From: Alistipes sp.
GTDB lineage: Bacteria > Bacteroidota > Bacteroidia > Bacteroidales > Rikenellaceae
Direction of reading: 5' to 3'
Assembly (NCBI GenBank): GCA_031551325.1
Contig: JAVBNV010000005.1
Span: 9,190-73,189 of the forward strand
DNA: 64,000 nucleotides
Shown here one piece after another: positions 27,469-36,598 of this stretch. Position 1 is the first letter of the stretch. Each line of letters begins with the position of its first letter. The notes below the pieces were generated by a model that searched no databases, was not told where the DNA came from, and saw nothing but the letters and a program-made list of their open reading frames with translations. The position numbers and the translations under genes were made by a program.

Positions 27469-28815
27469 ATGAAAAAACTACTGTTGACCGTACTGGCCCT
27501 CTGCTGTACGGTGGCCGGGGCGCAAGCCCAGTGGCAGAACCTCTTCGACGGCAAGAGCCTCAAAGGCTGGAAAGTCCTGGGCGGCACAGCCCACTACCGG
27601 GTGGTCGACGGAGCCATCGTGGGCACGACGGTGCCCGATACCCCGAATACCTTCCTGCGCACGGAACGCGAGTACGGAGATTTTATCCTCGAATTGTTGT
27701 TTAAGGTCGACGACGCGCTCAACTCGGGCATCCAGTTCCGCAGCGAGTCGAGACCCGATTACCAGCAGGGCCGGGTGCACGGCTACCAGTACGAGATCGA
27801 CCCCTCGCCACGGGCCTGGTCGGGCGGCGTGTACGACGAATCGCGCCTGGGCTGGCTCTATCCGCTGACCACCAACCCCAGGGCCCAGCAAGCCTTCAGA
27901 GCGGGTGACTGGAACAAGGTCCGCATCGAAGCCATCGGCCCCCGCATCCGCACCTGGATCAACGGCGTCCCGGCCGCCGACCTGCTCGACGCCCAGACCC
28001 CCAGCGGATTTATCGCCCTGCAGGTGCACTCGATCCATGCGCCCGGCCTGGAAGGCAAGCAGGTGATGTGGAAAGAGATCCGTATCCTCACCAAGGACCT
28101 GCAATACGAACAGTCCGCTGAAACCGGCATCCCCCAGTTTAACTGCATCCCCAACACGATCTCGGAGCGCGAAGCCGCCGAGGGCTGGAAGCTGCTCTGG
28201 GACGGACATTCCACCGACGGCTGGATCAGCCACAAGGGAGGCGCTTTCCCTTCGAAGGGCTGGCACATCGCCGACGGCATCCTGAGCGTCGAAAAGGCCG
28301 ACGGGGCCGAATCGGGCAACGGCGGGGACATCATCACCCAACAGAAATACAAAAATTTCGTCCTCTCGGTCGATTTCCAGATCACCCCCGGAGCCAACAG
28401 CGGGATCAAGTACTTCGTCAACCCCGCCGTCAACAGCGCCCCGGGCGGGTCGGCCATCGGCTGCGAATACCAGATCCTGGACGACCAGCGCCACCCGGAC
28501 GCCAAGCTGGGCGTGGCGGGCAACCGCACCCTGGGCTCCTTGTACGACCTGATCGCCGCCCCCGAGGATAAGCCTTTCCGGGGTGGATTTTTCAACCGGG
28601 CGACCATCGTCGTCGACGGGAACCGGGTCGAGCACTGGCTCAACGACGTGAAGATCATCGAGTACGAGCGGGGCAACCAGCAATGGGATGCCCTGGTCAA
28701 GTACAGCAAATATGCAGGCTGGGTCGATTTCGGCAACTTCGAAACGGGGCACATCCTGCTCCAGGACCACGGCGACGAAGTACAGTTCAAGAACATCAAG
28801 ATCAAAGAACTCTAA
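27469..28815 (+). CDS. Secreted tandem DUF1080 protein (3-keto-glycoside hydrolase/lyase family, BT2157-like)
   Basis: Sec signal; two repeats with 'LFDGKSL.GW', 'NSGI', 'GYQYEI / CEYQILD', 'G.IALQ.H / GHILLQDHG'. Confidence 0.85.
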   Translation: MKKLLLTVLALCCTVAGAQAQWQNLFDGKSLKGWKVLGGTAHYRVVDGAIVGTTVPDTPNTFLRTEREYGDFILELLFKVDDALNSGIQFRSESRPDYQQGRVHGYQYEIDPSPRAWSGGVYDESRLGWLYPLTTNPRAQQAFRAGDWNKVRIEAIGPRIRTWINGVPAADLLDAQTPSGFIALQVHSIHAPGLEGKQVMWKEIRILTKDLQYEQSAETGIPQFNCIPNTISEREAAEGWKLLWDGHSTDGWISHKGGAFPSKGWHIADGILSVEKADGAESGNGGDIITQQKYKNFVLSVDFQITPGANSGIKYFVNPAVNSAPGGSAIGCEYQILDDQRHPDAKLGVAGNRTLGSLYDLIAAPEDKPFRGGFFNRATIVVDGNRVEHWLNDVKIIEYERGNQQWDALVKYSKYAGWVDFGNFETGHILLQDHGDEVQFKNIKIKEL

Positions 28816-28826
28816 GCCCGATCGAT

Positions 28827-30284
28827 ATGTCTGAAAACAAGCTATCGCGCAGGAAATTCCTGCAACAAGCGGCGCTCTTTACCGCCGCGACGGCCCTGGC
28901 GCCTTCTACGCTCGTTGCAAGCGCCGGGACCGACGGCCCCCAGGCCAAAAAAACAGCCGACCCGAAAGTCGTAGGGGCAGGCGGAAAGGTGAACATGGCC
29001 ATGGTAGGGATCGGAAACCGGGGCGCCGAGGTCATCAAAGAGTTAGACAAGACCGGCCTCTGCCGGGTGGTCGCCCTCTGCGACGTGGACATGGGCGCCG
29101 CGCACACCCAAGAGATCATCGGGATGTTCCCGGGTGTCCCGCAGTTCCGCGACTTCAGGCAGATGCTCGACAAGCTGGCCCCGCAGATCGACGCGGTGCT
29201 GGTGGCCACGCCCGACCACAGCCATTTCCCAATCTGCATGGCCGCCATGCGGGCGGGCAAGCACGTCTACGTCGAAAAACCGCTGGCCCGGACCTTCTAC
29301 GAATGCGAGCTGCTGATGCTCTCCGAGAAAAAATACGGCGTGGTCACCCAGATGGGCAACCAGGGGCATTCCGAGGCCAACTATTTCCAGTTCAAGGCCT
29401 GGCAGCAGGCGGGCATCATCCGGGACGTGACGGCCGTCACCGCCCACATGAACAACGTCCGCCGCTGGCACGGCTGGGACCCCGCGATGACCTCCTATCC
29501 CCCGGCCGAGTCCGTCCCTCCCGGCATGGATTGGGACACCTGGCTCTCGGCGGCGCACGAGCACGCCTACAATCCGGATTACCACCTGGGCCAGTGGCGC
29601 TGCTGGTACGACTTCGGCATGGGCGTGCTGGGTGACTGGGGGGCGCACCTGATCGACACCGTGCACGAATTCCTCGACCTGGGGCTGCCCACGGAGGTCA
29701 ATCCCACCTACCTCAAGGGCCACAACCGCTTCTTCTACCCGATGTCCTCGACCCTCGAGTTCAAATTTCCGGAGCGCAGGGGAATGCCCGCGCTCGACAT
29801 CACCTGGTACGACGGGCTGGACAACATCCCACCCGTGCCCGACGGATACGGCGTCTCGGAACTCGACCCCAACATCCCGACCGTGGCCGGGGGCAAGATC
29901 CAGCCGGCCAAGCTGAACCCGGGCAAGGAGATCTACTCCGATACCCTCACCTTCAAGGGCGGCTCGCACGGAAGCACCCTCTCGATCATCCCCGATGAAA
30001 AAGCCTGGGAGATGGCCTCCCGCCTGCCCGAGGTGCCCGAAAGCTCCTCGAACCATTACGCCAACTTCCTGCTCTCGTGCCAGGGCCGCGAGAAAACCCG
30101 CTCGCCCTTCTCGGTCTCCGGCCCGCTGAGCCAGGTGTTCTGCCTGGGCGTGATCAGCCAATGGACCGGCGAGAAGATACTCTTCGACCGTCAGAGTAAG
30201 CAGATCACCAACAACCCCCTGGCCAATCAGTTGCTCTGGGGCTCCACGCCCCGCAAGGGCTGGGAGGAGTTTTATACCTTATAA
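28827..30284 (+). CDS. Tat-exported Gfo/Idh/MocA oxidoreductase (BT2158-like glycoside dehydrogenase candidate)
   Basis: Twin-arginine signal SRRKFL; 'VGIGNRG', 'DAVLVATPDHSH', 'KHVYVEKPLA', 'TQMGNQ', 'LGDWGAH'. Confidence 0.85.
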   Translation: MSENKLSRRKFLQQAALFTAATALAPSTLVASAGTDGPQAKKTADPKVVGAGGKVNMAMVGIGNRGAEVIKELDKTGLCRVVALCDVDMGAAHTQEIIGMFPGVPQFRDFRQMLDKLAPQIDAVLVATPDHSHFPICMAAMRAGKHVYVEKPLARTFYECELLMLSEKKYGVVTQMGNQGHSEANYFQFKAWQQAGIIRDVTAVTAHMNNVRRWHGWDPAMTSYPPAESVPPGMDWDTWLSAAHEHAYNPDYHLGQWRCWYDFGMGVLGDWGAHLIDTVHEFLDLGLPTEVNPTYLKGHNRFFYPMSSTLEFKFPERRGMPALDITWYDGLDNIPPVPDGYGVSELDPNIPTVAGGKIQPAKLNPGKEIYSDTLTFKGGSHGSTLSIIPDEKAWEMASRLPEVPESSSNHYANFLLSCQGREKTRSPFSVSGPLSQVFCLGVISQWTGEKILFDRQSKQITNNPLANQLLWGSTPRKGWEEFYTL

Positions 30285-30298
30285 CTAAGGTGTCAAGA

Positions 30299-30332
30299 AA
30301 AACCGGGGAGTGCTGTCGCACTCCCCGGTTTT
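30299..30332. terminator. Bidirectional intrinsic terminator
   Basis: aaaaccggggagtgc-tgtc-gcactccccggtttt 15-bp stem between convergent genes. Confidence 0.85.
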
Positions 30333-30348
30333 CGTTTGTATAAAACGC

Positions 30349-31953
30349 TTATTGTTCAAGCGCCTTGCGGATCACCGGATCGATGCTCTGCAACTCGTAG
30401 TAGAACGCGTTCTCCTCCAGGGGCGTGTTGCGGGCAATATACGCCTTGAGTTGCGCCAGCATCAGCTTGCGCGACTGGGCGATCTGCCGGGCGTCCGGCG
30501 CCACATCCGCCCCGGCGGCGTACTGCACGAAACCCTCCAGCAGCGCCGGGTCCTTGGCGAAAAAGGCGTCCAGGGCCCCGAAGGAGTTGATGGCGTTGAT
30601 CTCCGTGCGGTGGCGGTCGCTGTAGGCGATGGTGTATTTGTAGAGCAGGTTCAGGCGGCTCACTTTGCGGTAGTAGCGCGTCATGTCGGAGGTGTCGGCC
30701 CCAACGAACTCGTCGGGCATGATCCCGCCCCCGCCGTATACCGTGCGGCCCCCGACGGTGGTGTAGCGCAGGCTGTCGGCGAAGTGGATGCTGTCTGCGG
30801 AAAAATATTCGTTGTGGTCGTAGCGTTCTTCCAGCTCGCTGTAATACGAGGAAGACCCCTTGTCGTAGGGTTTCTGGATCGAGCGGCCCGAGGGGGTGTA
30901 GTAGCGGGCCACGGTCAGCCGCACGGCCGAGCCGTCCGGGAAGGGGATCTGCTCCTGCACCAGCCCTTTGCCGAAGGAGCGGCGGCCGATGATCGTGCCC
31001 CGGTCGTTGTCCTGCAGGGCCCCGGCCAGGATTTCGCTCGAGGAGGCGCTGTGCTCGTCGATCAGCACTTCCAGCTCCAGGTCCTGGTAACGGCCCTTGC
31101 CGTTGGAGTATTGTTTTTCCTCGGCCCCGTCGCGGTTGCGGGTGAAGACGATCAGGCTGCCCTGGGGCAGGAATTCGTTCGAAATCAAGATGGCCTGGTC
31201 GAGGAATCCTCCCGGGTTGGCGCGGATGTCGAGGATCAGTTTTTTCATCCCCTCTTTTTTCAATTGGTCCACCACGGCCACCAGTTCGGTGTGGGCGTTG
31301 CGCGAGAATTGCGAGAAGGCCACGTAACCCGTCTCAGGCGCGATGATGTAAGCCGCCGCGATGCAGTTGATGGGGATCACGCCCCGGGTGACGTGGATGG
31401 GCACCAGTTCGGCGACGCCCACCCGTTGGATGCCCAGCTTGACCTGGGTGCCGCGGCGTCCGCGCAGGCGCTTCATCACCTCGTTCTGGTCCATCTTGAC
31501 CCCGGCCACCACCGTGTCGTTGATGGTGACGATGCGGTCGCCGCCCAACACGCCGGCCTTGTCGCTCGGGCCGGTGGGTACGACGTTGAGCACGAGCACC
31601 GTGTCGGTGGCCATGTTGAACTTCACACCGATGCCGTCGAACTCGCCGTCCAGCGATTCGTTCACCGCGGAGAGGTCCTTGGCTGGAACGTAGGAAGAGT
31701 GGGGGTCCAGTTCCTCGAGGACCATCGGCATGACCTGCTCGGTGATCGTGTCGATCGACACGGTGTCCACGTAGCGCGTGGCGATCAGGCCCAACAGCAG
31801 GTCGATCTTCCCGTTGCCCGACACCGACAGCCTGGCCCGGGGCGAGGCCGCGGGACTGGTGCGGAAGACCACCCCGCTGAGCAGGATGCCCGCCGTGAGC
31901 GAGAGGGCCACGACGAGGGGGATTAGGATGGTATACTTGTTGTTTTTATACAT
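30349..31953 (-). CDS. S41 carboxy-terminal processing protease (PDZ + tail-specific protease)
   Basis: 'LDPHS.Y', 'FDGIGV', 'GPSDKAG', 'DIRANPGG', 'ASSSEILAGALQD', 'RSFGKG', 'LTVARYYTPSG'. Confidence 0.92.
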   Translation of the reverse strand: MYKNNKYTILIPLVVALSLTAGILLSGVVFRTSPAASPRARLSVSGNGKIDLLLGLIATRYVDTVSIDTITEQVMPMVLEELDPHSSYVPAKDLSAVNESLDGEFDGIGVKFNMATDTVLVLNVVPTGPSDKAGVLGGDRIVTINDTVVAGVKMDQNEVMKRLRGRRGTQVKLGIQRVGVAELVPIHVTRGVIPINCIAAAYIIAPETGYVAFSQFSRNAHTELVAVVDQLKKEGMKKLILDIRANPGGFLDQAILISNEFLPQGSLIVFTRNRDGAEEKQYSNGKGRYQDLELEVLIDEHSASSSEILAGALQDNDRGTIIGRRSFGKGLVQEQIPFPDGSAVRLTVARYYTPSGRSIQKPYDKGSSSYYSELEERYDHNEYFSADSIHFADSLRYTTVGGRTVYGGGGIMPDEFVGADTSDMTRYYRKVSRLNLLYKYTIAYSDRHRTEINAINSFGALDAFFAKDPALLEGFVQYAAGADVAPDARQIAQSRKLMLAQLKAYIARNTPLEENAFYYELQSIDPVIRKALEQ

Positions 31954-31958
31954 CGGTC

Positions 31959-32957
31959 TTATTTGTTCTTGAACGTATACGTCAGGGCCACGTTGGCCGA
32001 GTAGTTGAACTGGACCTTCCGCAGGAACGGATCGGTGTCGGGATTTTCCGCGAAGTTGACGGTACTGTCGAAGATCGTTTTGCAGAATACGGAGAAGACC
32101 ATGAATTTCAGTACCTTTATATCCAGGTAGTTGTCAAATTTAACGCGGGTGACGTCGTCGTAGTTGGTGAAGACGTCCAGGTAGGTACGGTAGGTCAATT
32201 TCTCCTTGGCAAAGGGTATGCTGAAGTTGAGGATCAAGGCGGAACCGATGGTCGCTTTGACGTTTTTGTCGGGGTCCACCCCGTATTTTTCACGCAGGAT
32301 GGAGTCCTTGACGAAGGTCATGTTGCCCGACAGGGGCGAGATGTTGATGGTCAGGGGGAGTTTCTGGTGGCGGTAGGTGAACCCCAGACCGAGGGTCAAG
32401 TTACCCGGCGACATGAAGTTCGAGACCAGGGTGGAGTCCGTCCGCGATTTGAATCCCCGGTCGAACTGGCTGCCGAACTGGATCAACCCGGCGTAGGACC
32501 AGTTTTTGTTCAGGTCCCAGGAGGGATTGATGTTCAGGCGGAACATGTCTTCGTTCTTGAAGGTCTGTTTGTCGATGTGGTTAAGGCCGTAGGCCGCTTC
32601 GAGGGTGTAGGCGAAGTTGAATTTACTCTTTTTGTACAGGTGCGAGAAGTTGATGCCGACCCGGGTCGAGAAGGTGTTATTCCCCCCGGCCGACCAGTCG
32701 TTGAAACCGGTTTGCCCCAGGCCTGTGACGGTGGTGAAGGTGATCGTATTGCGTTCCTTGCGGATGCGGCGGCGCTCGGCGTCCACGCGCGACTGGCTGA
32801 AGTAGGAATTGTCTATCTCCAGGTTTTTAGTGGAGTCCTTGAGTGCTTCGGTATCCACTTCCTTGGGGGTCACCTTCGTGATCGAGAACTGGGCGGAAGC
32901 CTCCGTGGCGCCGAGGGTCAGCGCTGCCAAAAACAAGATCAGTTTGAACCTTTTCAT
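31959..32957 (-). CDS. Outer-membrane beta-barrel, DUF3078-like
   Basis: Signal peptide from MKRFKL; 'QTGFNDWSAGG.N', 'SQF..G', 'SNFMSPG', amphipathic strands, aromatic C-terminus. Confidence 0.6.
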   Translation of the reverse strand: MKRFKLILFLAALTLGATEASAQFSITKVTPKEVDTEALKDSTKNLEIDNSYFSQSRVDAERRRIRKERNTITFTTVTGLGQTGFNDWSAGGNNTFSTRVGINFSHLYKKSKFNFAYTLEAAYGLNHIDKQTFKNEDMFRLNINPSWDLNKNWSYAGLIQFGSQFDRGFKSRTDSTLVSNFMSPGNLTLGLGFTYRHQKLPLTINISPLSGNMTFVKDSILREKYGVDPDKNVKATIGSALILNFSIPFAKEKLTYRTYLDVFTNYDDVTRVKFDNYLDIKVLKFMVFSVFCKTIFDSTVNFAENPDTDPFLRKVQFNYSANVALTYTFKNK

Positions 32958-32987
32958 CGTATCGGGAGCTTTTTTAATAAAGATAGG

Positions 32988-33014
32988 CAAAGATAGGAAT
33001 AATTCTTAAATTTG
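32988..33014. promoter_or_regulatory. Divergent -7 promoters (TATCTTTG - at 32988-32995; TAAATTTG + at 33007-33014)
   Basis: Exact TAnnTTTG matches in the divergent gap. Confidence 0.6.
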
Positions 33015-33045
33015 GAGTGTAACGCACACACTATACAACTCGCTT

Positions 33046-33855
33046 ATGAAATACATCGGAGCCCATATCAGTGCCGCGGGCGGGGTGGAGAACACTCCCG
33101 GAAGGGCTCTCGCCATCGGGGCCGACGCCTTTGCCCTGTTCACCAAGAACCAACGCCAGTGGACCGCCGCGCCCTTGAGCCCGGCTTCCATCGAAGCCTT
33201 CCGGCGGGCCTGCGCCGAGGGGGGATTCGCCCCGTCGCAGATACTGCCCCACGACAGCTACCTGATCAACCTGGGCCACCCCGAGGCGGAGGCTCTGGCC
33301 AAGTCCCGGGCGGCCTTCCTCGACGAGATGCAGCGCTGTGAGCAGCTGGGCCTCGACCGGCTCAACTTCCACCCCGGCTCCCACCTGGGGCAGATTTCCG
33401 AAGAGCAGTGCCTCGATAGGGTGGCCGAGTCGATCAACCGGACGCTCTCGGCGACGCAGGGCGTGACGGCGGTCATCGAAAACACCGCCGGGCAGGGCTC
33501 CAACGTCGGCTACCGCTTCGAGCACCTCGCCTACATTATTTCCTTGGTGGAGGACAAATCCCGGGTGGGGGTCTGCCTCGATACCTGCCACAGCTTCGCC
33601 GCCGGGTACGACCTGCTGACGGCGGCTTCCTGCGAGGCGGTCTTCGCCGAATTCGACCGCGTGGTGGGCTTTTCGTATTTGCGGGGCATGCACTTCAACG
33701 ACGCGATGAAGGGCCTCGGCAGCCGCATCGACCGCCACGCCCGCCTGGGCGAGGGGGCCCTGGGCCTGGAGGTGTTCCGCTACATCATGCGCGATCCGCG
33801 CTTCGAGGGCATTCCCTTGATCCTCGAGACCCCCGACGAGGAGCGTGGGCCCTAG
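33046..33855 (+). CDS. nfo: Endonuclease IV with premature TAG (homology-like frame continues to TAA at 33891)
   Basis: '[11 protein letters not shown]', 'PHDSYLINL', 'NFHPGSH', 'IENTAGQG', 'CLDTCH', 'DRHA.LG.G', 'ILETP'. After the TAG the frame reads EIRLLRKLEEE*. Confidence 0.92.
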   Translation: MKYIGAHISAAGGVENTPGRALAIGADAFALFTKNQRQWTAAPLSPASIEAFRRACAEGGFAPSQILPHDSYLINLGHPEAEALAKSRAAFLDEMQRCEQLGLDRLNFHPGSHLGQISEEQCLDRVAESINRTLSATQGVTAVIENTAGQGSNVGYRFEHLAYIISLVEDKSRVGVCLDTCHSFAAGYDLLTAASCEAVFAEFDRVVGFSYLRGMHFNDAMKGLGSRIDRHARLGEGALGLEVFRYIMRDPRFEGIPLILETPDEERGP

Positions 33856-33890
33856 GAGATACGCTTGCTTCGCAAATTGGAAGAAGAATA

Positions 33891-33928
33891 AAAAAACGGC
33901 AGCCTTTCAGAAAAGGCTGCCGTTTTTT
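33891..33928. terminator. Bidirectional intrinsic terminator
   Basis: aaaaaacggcagccttt ... aaaggctgccgtttttt, starting at the read-through TAA of nfo. Confidence 0.85.
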
Positions 33929-33942
33929 AAGTTGAAATCACC

Positions 33943-35592
33943 TTATACGTTATAAAGGTAGCGTTTGATACTTTTCTTAGGCGTCTTCTCAAACTCATTC
34001 GGGAAAAGCGTAATGGCCGAAACCCGTTCATAAGGAGCCACCCGCCGGTTGAGCAGGGCGAGGTTCTCGTTCATGATCTGCTCGATGTCCCCGTCGGCGT
34101 CGGCCTGTTCGTAGTCGGGGTAGACCAGCGCCACCAGCTTGCCGTCGCGCATCAGCACCAGCGATTCCATCACGCAGGGCAGGTTGTTGAGTTTGCTCTC
34201 GATGGCCTCGGGGTAGATGTTCTGCCCGCTGGGCCCCAGCAGCATGCTCTTGGAGCGGCCCCGGATAAAGAGCATGTTGTCGGCGTCCATCGTGCCGATG
34301 TCCCCCGTGCGCAGCCAGCCTTCCTCGTCGAAGATATCCGCCGTGGCCTGGGGATTTTTGTAGTACCCCTTCATAACGTTCTCGCCCTTGACCAGGATTT
34401 CGCCCGGGATGTTCAGGGGGTCGGGGGAGTTGATCTTGGCGGTCATCACCCCGGGCAGCACCTGCCCGCAGGAGGTGGGGACGAATTTTTCGAAGCCCAC
34501 GTAGCTCACCAGGGGGGCGCATTCGGTCAGCCCGTAGCCCACGGTGAAGGGGAACTTGATCAACCGCAGCAGGTATTCCACCTCGCTGTTGAGCGGGGCC
34601 CCGCCGATGATCACTTCCAGGACGGCCCCGCCGAAGGCCGCGTGCAACTTCTTTTTGACCTGTTCCAGAAAAGCCGGGTCGAGTTCTTCCAGGGGGATGC
34701 CCTGCTGCTCGGCCGCGCTTTCCAGCATGGGCTTCACTTGTTTGCGGACTACCTTCTCGACGATCAGCGGCACGGTGCAAGTGCGCGTGGGCCGCACCTC
34801 GACCAGCGCTTCGAAAAGCACCTTGGGCGAGGGCATGCGTCCCAGCAGGGTGATGTGGCTGCCCGCGGCCAGCGGCAGCAAGAAGTCGATGGCGCCCCCG
34901 AAGGCGTGGGCCAGCGGCAGGAACGAGAGCACCCGGCTGCCCCGGTAGTGGAGCTTGTGCCAGAGGCAGAAGGCCACGTTGCCGGTGAGGTTGTTGATGG
35001 TCAGGATCACCCCTTTGCTGAAGCCGGTGGTCCCGGAGGTGTAGTTGATGACGGCCACTTCGTCATTCTCCACGCGGGGGTAGCGGATGTCGTCCGTGGT
35101 GAATCCCTCGGGGTAGCGGTCGCGGAAGTGGCGGGAACTGTTTTTCAGGAAGGAGCTCAACTCACTGCCGCTGCGCTCGTAGATGCAGCTGTAGTCGGTC
35201 AGCGAGACGATGGCCATGATCCGTTCGATGGAATCGGTGTCGATCGAATCCCAGAAGATATCGCCCACGAACAGCAGCCGCGAACCGGAGTGGTTGACGA
35301 TGTGCTGCATGTCGTTGGCGTTGAAGTCCTGCAGGATGGGGACGATGACGGCCCCGTAGGTGAGCGTGGCCAGGTAGAGCATGCACCAGCGGGGGTTGTT
35401 GCGGCCGATCAGGGCGATGCGGTCGCCTTTCTGGATGCCGGCTTTTTCAAAAAAGAGGTGAAGTTTGGCGATCTCCTGGGCCATTTCGAAGTAGGAGAAA
35501 TGCTCCTTCTTGAAGTAGTCGCTCAGCGCGGGCAGTTCGCGGTTGTCCCGGAAGCTCTGCTCGTAGAGCTCGATCAGGTTTTCCTTCATCAT
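33943..35592 (-). CDS. fadD: Long-chain-fatty-acid--CoA ligase
   Basis: AMP-binding 'YTSGTTGFSKG', 'GYGLTE', 'WLRTGDIG', 'GQNIYPE.IE'. Confidence 0.88.
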   Translation of the reverse strand: MMKENLIELYEQSFRDNRELPALSDYFKKEHFSYFEMAQEIAKLHLFFEKAGIQKGDRIALIGRNNPRWCMLYLATLTYGAVIVPILQDFNANDMQHIVNHSGSRLLFVGDIFWDSIDTDSIERIMAIVSLTDYSCIYERSGSELSSFLKNSSRHFRDRYPEGFTTDDIRYPRVENDEVAVINYTSGTTGFSKGVILTINNLTGNVAFCLWHKLHYRGSRVLSFLPLAHAFGGAIDFLLPLAAGSHITLLGRMPSPKVLFEALVEVRPTRTCTVPLIVEKVVRKQVKPMLESAAEQQGIPLEELDPAFLEQVKKKLHAAFGGAVLEVIIGGAPLNSEVEYLLRLIKFPFTVGYGLTECAPLVSYVGFEKFVPTSCGQVLPGVMTAKINSPDPLNIPGEILVKGENVMKGYYKNPQATADIFDEEGWLRTGDIGTMDADNMLFIRGRSKSMLLGPSGQNIYPEAIESKLNNLPCVMESLVLMRDGKLVALVYPDYEQADADGDIEQIMNENLALLNRRVAPYERVSAITLFPNEFEKTPKKSIKRYLYNV

Positions 35593-35633
35593 ATCAGTCG
35601 GGTCAATAGTGTATTTAAGAGTGGGTTGAGGGG

Positions 35634-35641
35634 CAAAGATA
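35634..35641 (-). promoter_or_regulatory. -7 promoter (TATCTTTG) for fadD
   Basis: Exact TAnnTTTG about 40 nt upstream of the ATG. Confidence 0.6.
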
Positions 35642-35796
35642 GAATAATTTCATGAATCCGTAACCGCTGTGTAATATTCGTCATCAGGGCCTGTAAGTGT
35701 TATTTTTAGGAAAAATGATTTTTTTCTGAGGATTTATAAAGTTTTGCATGGAACTTGCTTTAGAACAAGCGTTACACCCGGTGAAGAAACGAAAAC

Positions 35797-35813
35797 TTAT
35801 TATTAAATAATAA
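35797..35813. promoter_or_regulatory. 8-1-8 AT-rich palindrome (TTATTATT-A-AATAATAA), candidate Fur/PerR-type operator
   Basis: Perfect dyad just upstream of the DPS-like gene start. Confidence 0.35.
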
Positions 35814-35822
35814 TTCAAAAAA

Positions 35823-36341
35823 ATGATTATGAAAAAGATGACCACCGAGATCCTGAACCTGGACGTGAAAAAACTGATCGACATCCTCAACGCTGCCCTG
35901 GCCGAAGAATGGCTCGCCTACTACCAATACTGGGTGGGCGCACGGCTGATGGAAGGCCCCATGCGCACCGAGATCGAGACCGAACTGCTGGTGCACGCCG
36001 ACGAAGAACTGGGCCACGCCGTACGCGTGATCGACCGCATCATCCAGTTGGGAGGCACCCCGGTGCTGGACCCCGAACAGTGGAAAAAGGTCGCCGCCTG
36101 CGTCTACGAAGCCCCCACGGACCCCTACATCGAAGTGATCCTGGCCCAGAACCTCACCGGCGAACGCTGCGCCATCAAGCGCTACCAGGAGTTGGCCGAG
36201 TTCACCGCCGGCAAAGACCTTGTCACCAATAAAATGGCCATCGAAATCCTGACCGACGAACTGGAACACGAAAACGACATCATGGATTGGCAGACCGACA
36301 TAGCCGTCATGAAAGAATCCCTGAAGCGAATCCTAAAATAA
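35823..36341 (+). CDS. dpsL: DPS-like (DpsL) ferritin-superfamily protein
   Basis: 'LNAALAEEWLAYYQYW', 'HADEELGHA..V.DRIIQLGG.P', 'ERCAI.RY', 'EELEHE'-type di-iron motif; resembles the Bacteroides fragilis bfr/DPSL product. Start 35823 or 35829. Confidence 0.85.
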   Translation: MIMKKMTTEILNLDVKKLIDILNAALAEEWLAYYQYWVGARLMEGPMRTEIETELLVHADEELGHAVRVIDRIIQLGGTPVLDPEQWKKVAACVYEAPTDPYIEVILAQNLTGERCAIKRYQELAEFTAGKDLVTNKMAIEILTDELEHENDIMDWQTDIAVMKESLKRILK

Positions 36342-36346
36342 CGGGT

Positions 36347-36470
36347 CGGCTGCGCATATCGCACGCCACTTTTCACTTATCCTCTTCCGCTCAAATCCTC
36401 ACGTACTTTAGTACGCTCCGGTTTGATGCTCGGACGATAAGCAAAATCTGACGCACGCTATGCACAGCCG
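36347..36470. repeat. REP-like/MITE-like long imperfect palindrome
   Basis: Outer arms cggctgcgcata / tatgcacagccg, inner arms ttttcacttatc / gataagcaaaa, apical gtac-ttta-gtac. Confidence 0.6.
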
Positions 36471-36511
36471 CGTTCCGGCCGGTCGAGGTGTCCTCACCCG
36501 GCTTTCCAAGC

Positions 36512-36545
36512 AAAGGCCGCTCACTTTGGTGAGCGGCCTTTTTGT
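36512..36545 (+). terminator. Intrinsic terminator after dpsL
   Basis: aaaggccgctcac-tttg-gtgagcggccttt followed by T-run. Confidence 0.8.
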
Positions 36546-36562
36546 GTTTTCGGTAAAAAGAT

Positions 36563-36570
36563 TAACTTTG
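36563..36570 (+). promoter_or_regulatory. -7 promoter (TAACTTTG)
   Basis: Exact TAnnTTTG 28 nt upstream of the ATG at 36599. Confidence 0.6.
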
Positions 36571-36598
36571 TTAATCCAACCCGATAACCCTGCCGATT

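Noticed and set aside
33853-33855. Genome-wide TAG recoding (pyrrolysine or Gln) to explain the nfo stop
   Set aside because: TAG is the normal terminal codon of many intact genes here (M16 peptidase, hyfC, uppS, bamA, skp2, greA, tatA, tatC), and no pyl genes are visible.
33943-34040. AT-richer 3' end of fadD as a recombination or integration scar
   Set aside because: Several other genes (nadK, the GH151-like gene) show the same AT-richer tail, and no direct repeat or att-like site was found.
33017-35777. Shared 9-mer GTGTAACGC upstream of nfo (33017) and, reversed, upstream of dpsL (35769)
   Set aside because: A non-palindromic 9-mer in opposite orientations is expected by chance among a few kb of intergenic DNA.
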